DNA of 64,000 nt, taken from positions 1 through 64,000 of the IMG/VR virus record IMGVR_UViG_3300022188_000229; one strand, given 5' to 3'. The DNA is from a virus. The translations under genes and the position numbers were made by a program. The notes beneath the pieces are model-generated. The model was given only the letters and a program-made list of their open reading frames with translations, was not told the origin of the DNA and made no database searches. Shown here one piece after another: positions 38,240 through 48,543 of this stretch (position 1 is its first letter; every line of letters begins with the position of its first letter).

Positions 38240-38884
38240 ATGCCAAAAACATACCCAACATATGATATAGAGAGTGACATGTATGGTAAAGATTACACTC
38301 ATGTAGTAGGGGTTGACGAGTGTGGGCGTGGAACTCTATGGGGAAGTGTTGTAGCAGCAGTGGTGTATATACCTCAAGAAAATATACCTAATTTATTAAA
38401 TAAAGTACACGATTCTAAACAACTTTCTGCTAAGAAAAGAGATGAATTGTCTGAATTAATAAAAGATAATTGTTTTTATGGTATAGGTGAAATAGGGCCT
38501 GACATAATAGATGATATAAATATACTTAGGGCAACTGAACAAGCAATGGTATTGGCACTTTCTAAACTCCGTATCGATAGCGGTATTAGCTATGACTGTG
38601 TGCTTATAGATGGCACTGTCAAACTTAAGATGGTGCCTGAATACCAACAGCAGATCATTAAAGGAGATGCTTCAGTGTTGTCCATAGCCGCTGCTTCTAT
38701 AATAGCTAAAACTTATAGAGATAATACCATTTTAAATCTACCTGATATTGACTATTATAATGTTTGGGATATAGCAAATAGTAAAGGGTATGGTACTAAA
38801 AAACATCGAGATGCTATTAAGGTTTATGGTCTCAATAAATTACATAGAAAAACTTTTGGTATTTGTAAGGAGTATAATGATTAG
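38240..38884 (+). CDS. rnhB: ribonuclease HII
   Basis: 'GVDECGRG', 'DSKQLS', 'IDG', 'KGD....IAAASIIAK..RD', 'KGYGT..H', 'HRKTF'. Confidence 0.96.
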   Translation: MPKTYPTYDIESDMYGKDYTHVVGVDECGRGTLWGSVVAAVVYIPQENIPNLLNKVHDSKQLSAKKRDELSELIKDNCFYGIGEIGPDIIDDINILRATEQAMVLALSKLRIDSGISYDCVLIDGTVKLKMVPEYQQQIIKGDASVLSIAAASIIAKTYRDNTILNLPDIDYYNVWDIANSKGYGTKKHRDAIKVYGLNKLHRKTFGICKEYND

Positions 38885-38950
38885 TAAAGACAAAGTGCGC
38901 TATCAAAAAACTTATCGTAAAAATAATAGAGAGGCATTAAAGAGTTTTAT

Positions 38951-39097
38951 ATGACAGAAGAAACAATCACAATAACTAGGAAAGAGTACAAAGAGTTGAA
39001 AGAGGACTCTGATTTTTTACAAGCCTTAAGAGCAGCAGGAGTAGATAATTGGGACGGCTATGATTATGCCATAGATATTTTAAATGAGGATAACTAA
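38951..39097 (+). CDS. small acidic protein with GVDNWDGY motif (T3-like gp5.9 family; not in the ORF track)
   Basis: MTEETITITRKEYKELKEDSDFLQALRAAGVDNWDGYDYAIDILNEDN; TAATG overlap with the next gene. Confidence 0.7.
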   Translation: MTEETITITRKEYKELKEDSDFLQALRAAGVDNWDGYDYAIDILNEDN

Positions 39098-39420
39098 TGA
39101 CAGAAGAAATTAAATTTATAGATATAAAAGAGTTTAGAGCGAAAGGATTTTTACAAGAGGCGAACAGATTATTTTTTCATCCATTAGGGTTAGCTTTGGC
39201 TGTTAACATTCACGAAGACGGTACAGAAACTCTTGATGGTATATGGGATTACAGAGATGACCCAGAAGGCATGTTCTTTGGTCAGGAAATGATTAGAGAA
39301 GATAGAATTAAACACGTACTAGCTTTAAAAAACTCTAAACGATTTGATAGGTTGATGGCAGCAAGAGATTATGGTTATATTGTAGATAGTGATAGTATAC
39401 AAATTACTATGGATCTATAG
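39097..39420 (+). CDS. hypothetical phage protein
   Basis: 107 aa, 'LQEANRLFFHPLGLAL...WDYRDDPEG'. Confidence 0.6.
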   Translation: MTEEIKFIDIKEFRAKGFLQEANRLFFHPLGLALAVNIHEDGTETLDGIWDYRDDPEGMFFGQEMIREDRIKHVLALKNSKRFDRLMAARDYGYIVDSDSIQITMDL

Positions 39421-39446
39421 CAAGTAAATATAAAGAAGGTGAGAAG

Positions 39447-40283
39447 ATGTCTAATTATTTTGAGACACACATTCAAGAAGCGGTTAATAACGCGGATATT
39501 CATGGTTTTTGTGCTGGTGACGTTAATCAGAGGGTATTGTTCCCGTCACACACAGGTGGGTGTGATTGGACTCTAGAGGCAGTTATAGGATGCACTTTTA
39601 AATGTTCTTATTGTTTAGCAAAAGTATGTTCGATGGCATTTGGAGAGCTAACTGATCTATCCTACTGGAATCATATAAAAATTAAAAAAGATATATTATT
39701 TCAATTCAATAATGAATTAAAAAAAGTTAAAACTGGCCAATTTATTTGGGTATGTGATTTAACCGATCCTTTTATGATTGGAAGACCTGATGTTACTAGA
39801 CTACATTTAGATCTTGTTAATAAAATGAATGTAGTTGGGATTTTTGCAAAGGTACTAACTAAAGGGTTTCTTCCAAAGGAGCTATTTAATTTATCAGTTA
39901 AAAATAAGATCGGCGTCTCAGCCTCAATATTAGATGATGGGTTTAGGAAGATATATGAGAAGAATACTATACCAACTTTAGTGAGATTAGATAGACTTAA
40001 ACAGTTCAGTGACGCCGGCTTTTATACCTGGGTAAGTATTGCTCCTTATCCATCCCCCGATTTATTTAAATATGAACCCATTGAGCAGTTTCTTGAAAAA
40101 ATAAGTTGGACAAATCGAATAGTCTTTGATGCTTTTGGTTATTTTGGACCTATTAAAGAGGAGAATAAAGATTTTTATTTTGAAATATCAAGTAAGATTC
40201 GTAACTTCTGTAAAGCTCACGACATAGAATTTAATAATTTGTCTAAAATAAGAGAGCTAGTTAAAGAGCGTATAGGTATATAG
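39447..40283 (+). CDS. radical SAM protein (spore photoproduct lyase-like/Rv2578c-like)
   Basis: 'GCTFKCSYC' CxxxCxxC, 'TDPF', 'LTKG', 'TWVSIAP'. Confidence 0.8.
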   Translation: MSNYFETHIQEAVNNADIHGFCAGDVNQRVLFPSHTGGCDWTLEAVIGCTFKCSYCLAKVCSMAFGELTDLSYWNHIKIKKDILFQFNNELKKVKTGQFIWVCDLTDPFMIGRPDVTRLHLDLVNKMNVVGIFAKVLTKGFLPKELFNLSVKNKIGVSASILDDGFRKIYEKNTIPTLVRLDRLKQFSDAGFYTWVSIAPYPSPDLFKYEPIEQFLEKISWTNRIVFDAFGYFGPIKEENKDFYFEISSKIRNFCKAHDIEFNNLSKIRELVKERIGI

Positions 40284-40317
40284 CTAGTTAATAAAAGATG
40301 TATAAGGAATAAATTAA

Positions 40318-41145
40318 ATGCTAGGAACCAAGACTAAAGAACAAGTACTTAACTTGTTCCCACAACACACCATTTTAACGGCGTATAGAGGTAGTGTAGC
40401 ACACGGTATGTACGTACCTGATACTGACCCTCATAGTATAGACGATATCGACCTATTTGGTATCCATATGGCTCCTATAGATTGTTACTTAGGTTTGTTA
40501 CAACATAAAGACTACTATGAGCCTGTAGTAGGTAAATACAAAGAGACTATAGAGGGTTTCTTTGATGAATATGACGTGGTCAGCTACGAGTTTAAGAAAA
40601 TGATGCGTTTGCTTATCAATAGTAATCCTAATGTACTTTCACTTTTAAGTCTTAGAGAGGAACACTACCTTAATATAACTGGTGCAGGAGAACTGTTACT
40701 TAAGCATAAAGAGGCATTCTTTTCTCAGAAAGCTTACTATTCTTTCGCTAGATATGCAGAGGATCAACTCAAGAAGATGACTCACTTTGCATTTGAAGGC
40801 TATATGGGAGAAAAACGTAAGACCCTTGTTAAAAAATTTGGGTATGATACTAAGAATGCAGCTCATTGTATTAGATTGCTTCGTACTTGCATTGAGTTTT
40901 TAGATACCGGAGAGTTAAATGTTTTTAGAGAGGAAGATTCCGAAGAGTTATTACAGATTAAATTGGGGCAGCGAAGTTTAGAGTCTGTAGAAGCAGAAGC
41001 AAAGGATCTCATTGTTAAAGCTACTTATGCTAAGAACCATTCAGTGTTACCTGAAGTACCTGACTATAATAAGATTAATTTAATTACTAAACAAATAGTT
41101 TATGATTATATTATTGATGAGGCGTCGGGTGTTTATGCTTTTTAA
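40318..41145 (+). CDS. nucleotidyltransferase, DNA polymerase beta superfamily (YcgL/RlaP-like)
   Basis: 'RGSVAHG....DDIDLFG', 'NPNVL', 'GYDTKNAAHCIRLL'. Confidence 0.85.
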   Translation: MLGTKTKEQVLNLFPQHTILTAYRGSVAHGMYVPDTDPHSIDDIDLFGIHMAPIDCYLGLLQHKDYYEPVVGKYKETIEGFFDEYDVVSYEFKKMMRLLINSNPNVLSLLSLREEHYLNITGAGELLLKHKEAFFSQKAYYSFARYAEDQLKKMTHFAFEGYMGEKRKTLVKKFGYDTKNAAHCIRLLRTCIEFLDTGELNVFREEDSEELLQIKLGQRSLESVEAEAKDLIVKATYAKNHSVLPEVPDYNKINLITKQIVYDYIIDEASGVYAF

Positions 41146-41157
41146 TAAAATAATTAC

Positions 41158-41185
41158 TTGACAAACCAATAAAATGCATTATATT
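41158..41185 (+). promoter_or_regulatory. sigma70-type promoter
   Basis: TTGACA-N16-TATATT. Confidence 0.8.
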
Positions 41186-41217
41186 ATATTTAAGTTAAAT
41201 TTAAAAAGGAATCACAG

Positions 41218-42489
41218 ATGGAACGAATTATCTTAGTACAAAAGAATATACATGGAAGAGTGAAATACATCGAGCTTACCCTAGAAGAAGCTACAATTCG
41301 TAGAGTATGGGGCCTTATAGACGGTAAGACTCAGAATACTTCTAATACTTATGACTACACAAATAAAGACAAGGCTAATGAGCTGTCCCCTAGTGAGACG
41401 GCTCAAGCCGATTTTAATAGAATCATTGAGACTAAAACTAAGGAGGGTTATCTTGATGCTGTATCACTGGATGAGCTACCTGAATTTGATAATAACCAAA
41501 TGGACTTCAACGATCTGCCTGTACAATTCTGCTGCTCTAAACCCCATACTAGTATTTCTGTATCTAAATGTAATAAACTAATTAAACAAAAACTAGCACG
41601 TTTTTTTATTAAAGAGAATGGGTTGTGTCATTTTATTCTTATAACTGGCACTGGTGAGGTTAAAATCTATACTCGACGTATAGACGATCACACTAGAAAG
41701 TATCCAGAGATTGTTAAGTACATAGAAGACTTAAAACTCCATAAGAATACTTTATTGATTACTGAGTTTGTGATTGATCCGAAGCTTAATATACCTCACA
41801 TGGATGGGTTCAAATTAATTCGTAGTATATCTAAATGTGATGTTTTGGCTGGTAAAGTATTGGAAAATGTAGAAAACTCTATTGCTCGACAAGAAGAACA
41901 TAGAGTAGTAGCAGTGGTATTTAATTTACTCTTTATAGATGGAGAAGATCTTACTAAGATAGAGTATGAAGAAGCTCTTGAATTATTACTTGATGAGTCT
42001 GAGTGGGATGGTCCTGTGATACTACCTAGAGAGGTAAAGTTCAAGTCCTATCAAGAAGCGTATGCTTGGGCGGATGATAATAATGAACAGTATGAGGGGT
42101 TAGTTCTCTGGAATGCGCATGAGAATGCTGAAATAACTTACAATGGTAAACCAAATAGAAGGGCTTGTTATAAAGTTAAAGCTGCGTTAGAAGATGATGT
42201 TGTAGCTTATGCCTGGAAGGAAGGAACAGGCGCTAAACAAGGTAAGGTAGGTAGTCTTTTTATAGGTAAATATAATGTGGTAGGGGAGATAGTCCCTATG
42301 GGTAGAGTAGGCTCAGGCTTAAAAATTAAACAAGGCGAATGTGAAATAGACTATTGGAAACTGCCTTGTGTTATTGAGATTTCCTATTCACAAAGATTTC
42401 CTACAGGGGCTTATCAGTTTCCAGCTTACAGTAAAAAACATGAAGATAAAGTTCCTTCCGACATAGTAGTTGACAAGGATGGATTTTAA
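41218..42489 (+). CDS. ATP-dependent DNA ligase with WGR-like N-terminus
   Basis: 'KENG' (KxD/NG), 'YTRR', 'EGLVL', 'KVK', 'GRVGSG', 'QFP'. Confidence 0.85.
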   Translation: MERIILVQKNIHGRVKYIELTLEEATIRRVWGLIDGKTQNTSNTYDYTNKDKANELSPSETAQADFNRIIETKTKEGYLDAVSLDELPEFDNNQMDFNDLPVQFCCSKPHTSISVSKCNKLIKQKLARFFIKENGLCHFILITGTGEVKIYTRRIDDHTRKYPEIVKYIEDLKLHKNTLLITEFVIDPKLNIPHMDGFKLIRSISKCDVLAGKVLENVENSIARQEEHRVVAVVFNLLFIDGEDLTKIEYEEALELLLDESEWDGPVILPREVKFKSYQEAYAWADDNNEQYEGLVLWNAHENAEITYNGKPNRRACYKVKAALEDDVVAYAWKEGTGAKQGKVGSLFIGKYNVVGEIVPMGRVGSGLKIKQGECEIDYWKLPCVIEISYSQRFPTGAYQFPAYSKKHEDKVPSDIVVDKDGF

Positions 42490-42490
42490 T

Positions 42491-42754
42491 ATGATAACAA
42501 TAAATAATATAGAACGCACTACGTTAAAATATAACTGTGAGTGTGGCGTGTCCGGCCAGTGTATGTTCAAAGCTCCTAATGGGGATGTAGCATTAATTAT
42601 GGACCTACAGTGCCCCATGTGTAAAAATTTGGAACGTGTGAAGATCTTTAGATATACATCAGAAGAGAAAAGAGAACAGCTATTGGGAGATGATGTAGAT
42701 TTACATTGGGCAATAGTAGTAGATAATATAATTGAGGAGCCACAGGATGAATAA
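42491..42754 (+). CDS. hypothetical zinc-finger protein
   Basis: CEC and CPMC motifs. Confidence 0.5.
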   Translation: MITINNIERTTLKYNCECGVSGQCMFKAPNGDVALIMDLQCPMCKNLERVKIFRYTSEEKREQLLGDDVDLHWAIVVDNIIEEPQDE

Positions 42755-43697
42755 AAATTTTACAGACGATCCTTTATTTAAATCTATACATGCTACAGAT
42801 AATTCTTTAGATTTTAATGAAGAGAGGTTCACAAATTTTACTGTAGAAGATGTATATGATATTTTAAATTTAATCAAAGCCAGTTTAATTTCTAATATGT
42901 CTTTTACCAAATGTTTTCAGCATATATGCAGTGAAAAGTTAAAAGACAATGGTAAAGAAGATTTAAAATTACTTACTTTTCAGATAGCTTTCAAACATCT
43001 AGTAGCTTTAAATGATTCAGATATTTTATTTCTAAGTGGCAAGAGGGATTTCGTTGCAGAGGTAGCAGCCCGGCAGTATGGGATGTCCGTACTGGATATT
43101 ACGGAAGAAAATAAACAACAACTTTTTAGAGACTCAGATAGTGTCTACTCTATAACAGACCCCCCTGTACCTAGTTGGGATGAGTATTTCTTTAATGTAT
43201 GTAGACAGGCTGCACGGCATTCTAAATGTTTGTCTAGAAGAATTGGAGCAGTGCTAGTTAAAGATAAAAGTATTATTAGTACTGGATATAATGGACCTCC
43301 GAGAGGGGTGCCTAGTTGTGATCGCAGATGGGAAATAGATTCTCACTTTGTAGCTAGGTATGAGAGTAAGATAGTTGTACCTATTAATCACAATAAGCCT
43401 GTGTGTCCGAGACATACTTTGGGTGCGCAATCCGGTGAGATGCTGGATATTTGTATAGCAGGTCACGCGGAAGAGAATGCTATTTTGAATGCCGCCCGTA
43501 TGGGCGTATGCACTAAAGGAGCTACTTTATTTATGACATGCTCTGTGCCTTGCTTTAGATGCGTAATTAAAATTATTAACGCAGGGATATCAGAAATAGT
43601 AGTTACTGGTATTTCTTTTTATGATGATAATGCGGAGTTCCTCCTAAATAATAGTGATGTTAAGGTTCGTTTTTATGATTTTGAGAAAAAAACATAA
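42747..43697 (+). CDS. dCMP deaminase with N-terminal extension
   Basis: 'WDEYF', 'SKCLSRRIGAV', 'TGYNG', 'HAEENA', 'PCFRC'. Confidence 0.92.
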   Translation: MNKNFTDDPLFKSIHATDNSLDFNEERFTNFTVEDVYDILNLIKASLISNMSFTKCFQHICSEKLKDNGKEDLKLLTFQIAFKHLVALNDSDILFLSGKRDFVAEVAARQYGMSVLDITEENKQQLFRDSDSVYSITDPPVPSWDEYFFNVCRQAARHSKCLSRRIGAVLVKDKSIISTGYNGPPRGVPSCDRRWEIDSHFVARYESKIVVPINHNKPVCPRHTLGAQSGEMLDICIAGHAEENAILNAARMGVCTKGATLFMTCSVPCFRCVIKIINAGISEIVVTGISFYDDNAEFLLNNSDVKVRFYDFEKKT

Positions 43698-43773
43698 CAA
43701 TTTTTTTGATTTCTGTACTATACTATATATAGAGGGCAGAAAAGCCTAACAAAATTAAAAAGGAGAACTAAAT

Positions 43774-44283
43774 ATGTCAGAATACAATTTTTATCAAATT
43801 GACCACACCGGAGTAAACGAGCCGGATAGAGACGCAGATGCAAGAACAGATGGAGCTACTCCCATCAGACGAGCACTTGATGCTAAAATTTCAAATTTCG
43901 GTGCAAAGAACATAGGCGCAAGAATGAGTTCCGATTATACTAGAACTGATCTAATCTTCGAGTCTAAAGATAATCTGCTCGACCATAACGTACTTATTGA
44001 GGATACAGGAATGGGAAGTAATGTTGCTGGTAGGGGCATTAGTGTAGTACATAATCCATATCTAGAGGGTTCCTCTGTTAAGAGAGTTAGAGATGAACAA
44101 GCATTTAGAATGGGTATGTCAGATAATAGAGGATCAAGCGTAGACGCACCTGGCTTTGACGTATCTGATACTGATGTAGTTATAGAGGGTATGGTCGCTG
44201 GAAAGAATTGGCCTACTGAAGGTTGGCGTACTTACGGTGGTAAATATGATTTCACACCTTATACTGGTGGCGGAATCCATTAA
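43774..44283 (+). CDS. hypothetical protein
   Basis: 169 aa, strong RBS. Confidence 0.6.
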   Translation: MSEYNFYQIDHTGVNEPDRDADARTDGATPIRRALDAKISNFGAKNIGARMSSDYTRTDLIFESKDNLLDHNVLIEDTGMGSNVAGRGISVVHNPYLEGSSVKRVRDEQAFRMGMSDNRGSSVDAPGFDVSDTDVVIEGMVAGKNWPTEGWRTYGGKYDFTPYTGGGIH

Positions 44284-44303
44284 TAACAAAAGAGCCTAAT
44301 TAA

Positions 44304-44516
44304 ATGAAAGAGAATTTCTGTGAATGTGACAAATGGAATTTTTATATAACTCATTACCATGAAACTTTTTATTGGCATCCTAAAGCAAAAAATTGGTATG
44401 TTCAATGGGTGAGCCTCTCAGAACAAGGGGGGTACACCCAGGTTTCAAGGTATGCAATTCCAATGTCCTTCTGCCCATTATGTGGTGGTAAATTAAATGA
44501 CCCTGAGGAAGGCTAG
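44304..44516 (+). CDS. small hypothetical protein with C-terminal CPLCG
   Basis: 70 aa, 'FCPLCGGKL'. Confidence 0.55.
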   Translation: MKENFCECDKWNFYITHYHETFYWHPKAKNWYVQWVSLSEQGGYTQVSRYAIPMSFCPLCGGKLNDPEEG

Positions 44517-44522
44517 CCTTTT

Positions 44523-45062
44523 ATGACTAATGATGATAATACAGACACAGGTCCAGTTGTAAAACTGCATCTACAAGAGTCAAAAAATATGCAGAAGGAG
44601 TGGTTTACTTACGCCTTAGATGCTATTCAAAGGCTCTCTGATAAGATTGAAATAACTGTATTATCCATACAGAAAGAACGCGAAGAGTCCTTGTTACGTA
44701 TGGTAGAACTTCGTGAGCAATTGTTGGAACAACTAACGATTAATGACAAAAGTAATACTAAAGAATGGGTAAGAGTGAGTGTTAAGTTAGACGATACCTT
44801 AAAAGAATTAACAGCAAAACTTTCTAAATCTGAAAGTGAAACTAAATTACTCTTAAAAGAATTTACTAAAGACTACGGCGATAAAATGAAAGAAGTAACC
44901 GATGCCATTCAAATAACTAAAGATACTCAATTAGTGGTTGGTACAAAAGTTAGAACTTATATAGCAATGACAGGAATAATTGTCACAGCAGTTATTACTA
45001 CGCTTGCAGGGGGAGCCCTTGTATTATTTAAAGATGCCATTAAAGCCTGGATAGGGAGTTAA
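44523..45062 (+). CDS. coiled-coil protein with C-terminal transmembrane helix
   Basis: 'IAMTGIIVTAVITTLAGGALVLF'. Confidence 0.65.
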   Translation: MTNDDNTDTGPVVKLHLQESKNMQKEWFTYALDAIQRLSDKIEITVLSIQKEREESLLRMVELREQLLEQLTINDKSNTKEWVRVSVKLDDTLKELTAKLSKSESETKLLLKEFTKDYGDKMKEVTDAIQITKDTQLVVGTKVRTYIAMTGIIVTAVITTLAGGALVLFKDAIKAWIGS

Positions 45063-45064
45063 AT

Positions 45065-47209
45065 ATGGTCCACGATCTAGAAAAACTAAGAAAACTGACA
45101 GAAACTTTAACAAGTAATGGTTATTTAACTGATCAAGCCGCTTCCTGGGAATATGCGTTTGACTCAGTAAAAGCTTTTGTTTGTATAACTAATACTGCTT
45201 TTAAATTGAAGTATGTAAATAAACCTCTCCGTAATATATTAAAAATCCAATCAGAAGAATTTATAAACCAAGAACTGTATAGTATTTTAGGTGATAAAGA
45301 CCTACAAAGAGAGCTAGACAGTAAGCAGGGAGTAATAGCCTTAGAAGGAGGCTCAATAACTTATCAAGAGCTTTTTATAAAGTCTTTTAATGGGTGGTAT
45401 GAGTCCCATAGAAACAATATAGTGACTAGTAAAGGTGAACTCATAGGATATATTTATATTTTTACTGATGTTACACAAAAACGATTAGCTCTTGAGGCTT
45501 TAAAGAAGAGTGAGAAAAACTATAGACTTCTATTTGAGTCTATGCTGGATGGTTTTGCTCTCCATAAGATGTTATTTAATGAAGAAGGTGAGCCTTATGA
45601 TTATGAATTCATAAATGTAAACCCGGCTTTTGAAAAGATAACCGGCTTAACTGCAAAACAATTAGTAAGCTATACAGCCTTAGATGTTTTACCTAAACTT
45701 GAGCAGCATTGGTTTGATGTTTATATTAAGGTGGTTCAGACAGGGAAATCCTATAGATTTAGTAACTACTCTCCTGAACTATGTAAGTATTATGATGTAG
45801 TAGTATTTAGACCCATGCCTGGTTATTTTGCCTGTATTATATCCGATATAACTGATAGGACTTTAGCCGAAGAAAACCTTCAAATTTCTGAGAAACGTTT
45901 CCGTGAAATTATTGAGAAGGTAGAAGGTATAGCAATAAGAGGGTATGATGAGCACTTTAATGTGATTTTTTGGAACAAAGCTTGTGAAACTCTTTATGGT
46001 TATACTAGGCAGGAAGCTGAAGGAGAGAATATAGAAGACCTCACTTTTTTAAAAGGATTAAAGGTACCAGTTGAAGAGTTTCTTGAAGATTGGTTTGATG
46101 ATACTACCCCTCCCCCAGCACAAGAATTAATCCTTAAGGATAAATTTGGAACAGATGTTCATGTGTTTTCTTCCAGCGTACTACATCAAACTGCTATTGG
46201 TAAGGAGATGTTTTGTATTGATGTTGATTTGAATCCTATTAAAGATGCACAGAAGGCTTTACATGATACTAATATATTATTAAATGGCATATTAAATGCT
46301 ATTCCTGATGCAATAGTTGTTCAAGATGCTGATCATAATGTAGTTAAGTGTAATAAAGCCGGCAAAAACTTCTTTAATGTAACCTCTAAGCAGGTAGAAG
46401 GAGTAAAATGCTTTCATTTACTAGGTCGTGATGATAACTGTGATGAGTGCCAGACAAAGATAGCAAGAGCAACTAAGAAACCAGCTAAATTGGAACGTTT
46501 TATAGAGGAGCTACAAAGTTGGTTTGATTGCAGATCTTATCCTCTTTTGGATGAAGAGGGTAATGTTACTAAAATAATAGAGCATCTAAGAGACATTTCT
46601 GACTGGAAAAAAGAACAAGAGATGTATAAGGATGCGCATTTAAAGGTAGAACAATCTCTTAGAAGATTGAGGTTTATAGTGCAGGCGGTAGATGGATTTT
46701 TATGGGAAAAAACCTTTAATATAGACTCTAAAGATTGGGAACATACTTATATTGATCCTTCGTTCTGCCGTGAATTTTACGGACTAGGAGGCAACGATGA
46801 AGAAATATGTGAGCAAGCGTACGGGAAGTCAACAGAACAGTTACTACAGCTTTGTGATGATCCAGACCCTATCAATTCTTTTGCAGTTGTATGTGCTGCC
46901 ACTGACAATCATTGTATTGAGCAAGGAACATCTTGTGAATACTTTGAGATGGGGTATTTAAATAATATATGGACTATATTAAAAGTAAGAAAAACTCCTT
47001 TATATGATGACGACAATAAATGTATAGCTATCCTAGGTTTTGCTAGAGATTGTTCATGTGATTCACACTCTGTGAGAGAACTTATAGAGAATGGTATAGA
47101 TTCAGAAAGAATTGAAAAACTTAAGACAGATAGTAATAGAATTAAATTATATTGGGTAGTAAAAAGAAAGAATGAGATAAAAGATTTAACTCATTTAGAC
47201 TTTCCTTAG
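45065..47209 (+). CDS. multi-PAS sensor protein without a recognisable output domain
   Basis: Repeated PAS/PAC signatures ('WEYAFDS', 'DVTQK', 'SEKNYRLLFESMLDGFALH..VNPAFEKITG', 'DITDR', 'FWNKACETLYGY', 'RDISDWK'); no H-box, GGDEF, EAL or HD motif. Confidence 0.85.
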   Translation: MVHDLEKLRKLTETLTSNGYLTDQAASWEYAFDSVKAFVCITNTAFKLKYVNKPLRNILKIQSEEFINQELYSILGDKDLQRELDSKQGVIALEGGSITYQELFIKSFNGWYESHRNNIVTSKGELIGYIYIFTDVTQKRLALEALKKSEKNYRLLFESMLDGFALHKMLFNEEGEPYDYEFINVNPAFEKITGLTAKQLVSYTALDVLPKLEQHWFDVYIKVVQTGKSYRFSNYSPELCKYYDVVVFRPMPGYFACIISDITDRTLAEENLQISEKRFREIIEKVEGIAIRGYDEHFNVIFWNKACETLYGYTRQEAEGENIEDLTFLKGLKVPVEEFLEDWFDDTTPPPAQELILKDKFGTDVHVFSSSVLHQTAIGKEMFCIDVDLNPIKDAQKALHDTNILLNGILNAIPDAIVVQDADHNVVKCNKAGKNFFNVTSKQVEGVKCFHLLGRDDNCDECQTKIARATKKPAKLERFIEELQSWFDCRSYPLLDEEGNVTKIIEHLRDISDWKKEQEMYKDAHLKVEQSLRRLRFIVQAVDGFLWEKTFNIDSKDWEHTYIDPSFCREFYGLGGNDEEICEQAYGKSTEQLLQLCDDPDPINSFAVVCAATDNHCIEQGTSCEYFEMGYLNNIWTILKVRKTPLYDDDNKCIAILGFARDCSCDSHSVRELIENGIDSERIEKLKTDSNRIKLYWVVKRKNEIKDLTHLDFP

Positions 47210-47234
47210 TCAATGAGTTAATTTTTAATAAGGA

Positions 47235-47791
47235 ATTATGGGGCTCCCGTAAAAAGGAGAAAGAAACTATGAAAAGAAATATGAAAGATTTAGTTAAGAG
47301 ACGCAGCTCCCTAGGGAGTGTGTTTGCTGCTAATCGTTTCGACGATCTTTTTAGTGAGGTATATGCACTAATGGATCATGCTTGGAACGATTGGGATCTA
47401 AGCGCTAGTGCATTTCACGCCCTCCAACCTAAAGCAAACTTTCCAAAAATTAACGTGGCAGAAACTAGTTCTGCGTATGAAGTGGAAATTGCAATTTCAG
47501 GGTTCGATAAGGACAACCTGGAGCTGGAATTTAGGGACTCGTGTTTGTTTATTAAGGCTGATAAAGCTAATGAGCAAGAAGATGAAGATAAGAAGTGGCT
47601 AAGGAAGGAAATTTCTAGCAGATCGTTTAGACGAGCTCTGCAGTTTCCATTAAAGGTTGATAGTTCTTCAATCAGTAGCACATATGATGCAGCTAAAGGC
47701 ATCGTTACTTGTGTACTGCCTAAGCAATTAAAAAAAGAACCAAACGTAGTAAAAATAAAAATAAAATAAAATAAATTGGGAGCCCCATAAT
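47235..47791. repeat. 14-bp perfect inverted repeat flanking hsp20 (47235-47248 and 47778-47791)
   Basis: ATTATGGGGCTCCC ... GGGAGCCCCATAAT. Confidence 0.85.
47269..47769 (+). CDS. small heat-shock protein (Hsp20/alpha-crystallin)
   Basis: 'FPKINVAE...YEVEIAISGF.K', 'EISSRSFRR', 'GI....LPK', C-terminal IKI. Confidence 0.93.
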   Translation: MKRNMKDLVKRRSSLGSVFAANRFDDLFSEVYALMDHAWNDWDLSASAFHALQPKANFPKINVAETSSAYEVEIAISGFDKDNLELEFRDSCLFIKADKANEQEDEDKKWLRKEISSRSFRRALQFPLKVDSSSISSTYDAAKGIVTCVLPKQLKKEPNVVKIKIK

Positions 47792-47812
47792 CCCAACACT
47801 AAAGGAGAAAGC

Positions 47813-48040
47813 ATGGCAAGAAATTTTTATGATTGTGCCAAAAATGGCGGTAAGGTGATTAATAAAAAAACAAAGGATGGTAGGATGATTAAAGTTTGTT
47901 ATGATAGAGAAGGTAACTCTCATATTAAGCAAAACAATAGGAAGAAAAGAAAGAAAAATAACGCAGTTAGACATAAGGTTAAAGCTTCTGTATCTAGTTT
48001 ACAGACATTGGCAGACCATTTTAATAGTAAGAGGCATTAA
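47813..48040 (+). CDS. basic hypothetical protein
   Basis: 75 aa, RBS aaggag. Confidence 0.55.
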   Translation: MARNFYDCAKNGGKVINKKTKDGRMIKVCYDREGNSHIKQNNRKKRKKNNAVRHKVKASVSSLQTLADHFNSKRH

Positions 48041-48057
48041 TAAAAGGAACAAGACAT

Positions 48058-48531
48058 ATGATTAGATTTGAAGACGGTGATGATAGTTTGGTAGAGGTAT
48101 TTTTGGAAGTAATGGAGGATAGATTCCCACATTTTCAGTTCCTTAAATTTAAATTAGTATATGATTTGAAGAAGAGGACCAAGAATGGGCAGATTACTTT
48201 GGCTAGTATTGAGTTAGCCTCACCAAAAATTAAATACTTTTCACAGGATGAAAAAGCGGCAGAAGGGTATGATTATATTCTATTTGTAGATAAAAAAGCG
48301 TGGGATTTAGCCGGTGATAAAGATAAGAGAAGATTAATCTCTCATGAGATGCGACATGTTTTTGTTGATGAAAAAGATAAAGCAAAACTAGTAGGGCATG
48401 AGATAGAAGATTTCTATCAGGAGATAGAATTAAATAAAGACGATCCAGAATGGGGCCGTAAACTTGTCAGACTAATGACTGATGTTTATGATCAGGAAAA
48501 GGAAATGTCTAAACCAAATAAAGGATATTAA
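48058..48531 (+). CDS. putative phage metallopeptidase
   Basis: HExxH 'HEMRH' followed by 'HEIEDF'. Confidence 0.75.
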   Translation: MIRFEDGDDSLVEVFLEVMEDRFPHFQFLKFKLVYDLKKRTKNGQITLASIELASPKIKYFSQDEKAAEGYDYILFVDKKAWDLAGDKDKRRLISHEMRHVFVDEKDKAKLVGHEIEDFYQEIELNKDDPEWGRKLVRLMTDVYDQEKEMSKPNKGY

Positions 48532-48543
48532 GGAGTAAGACCT

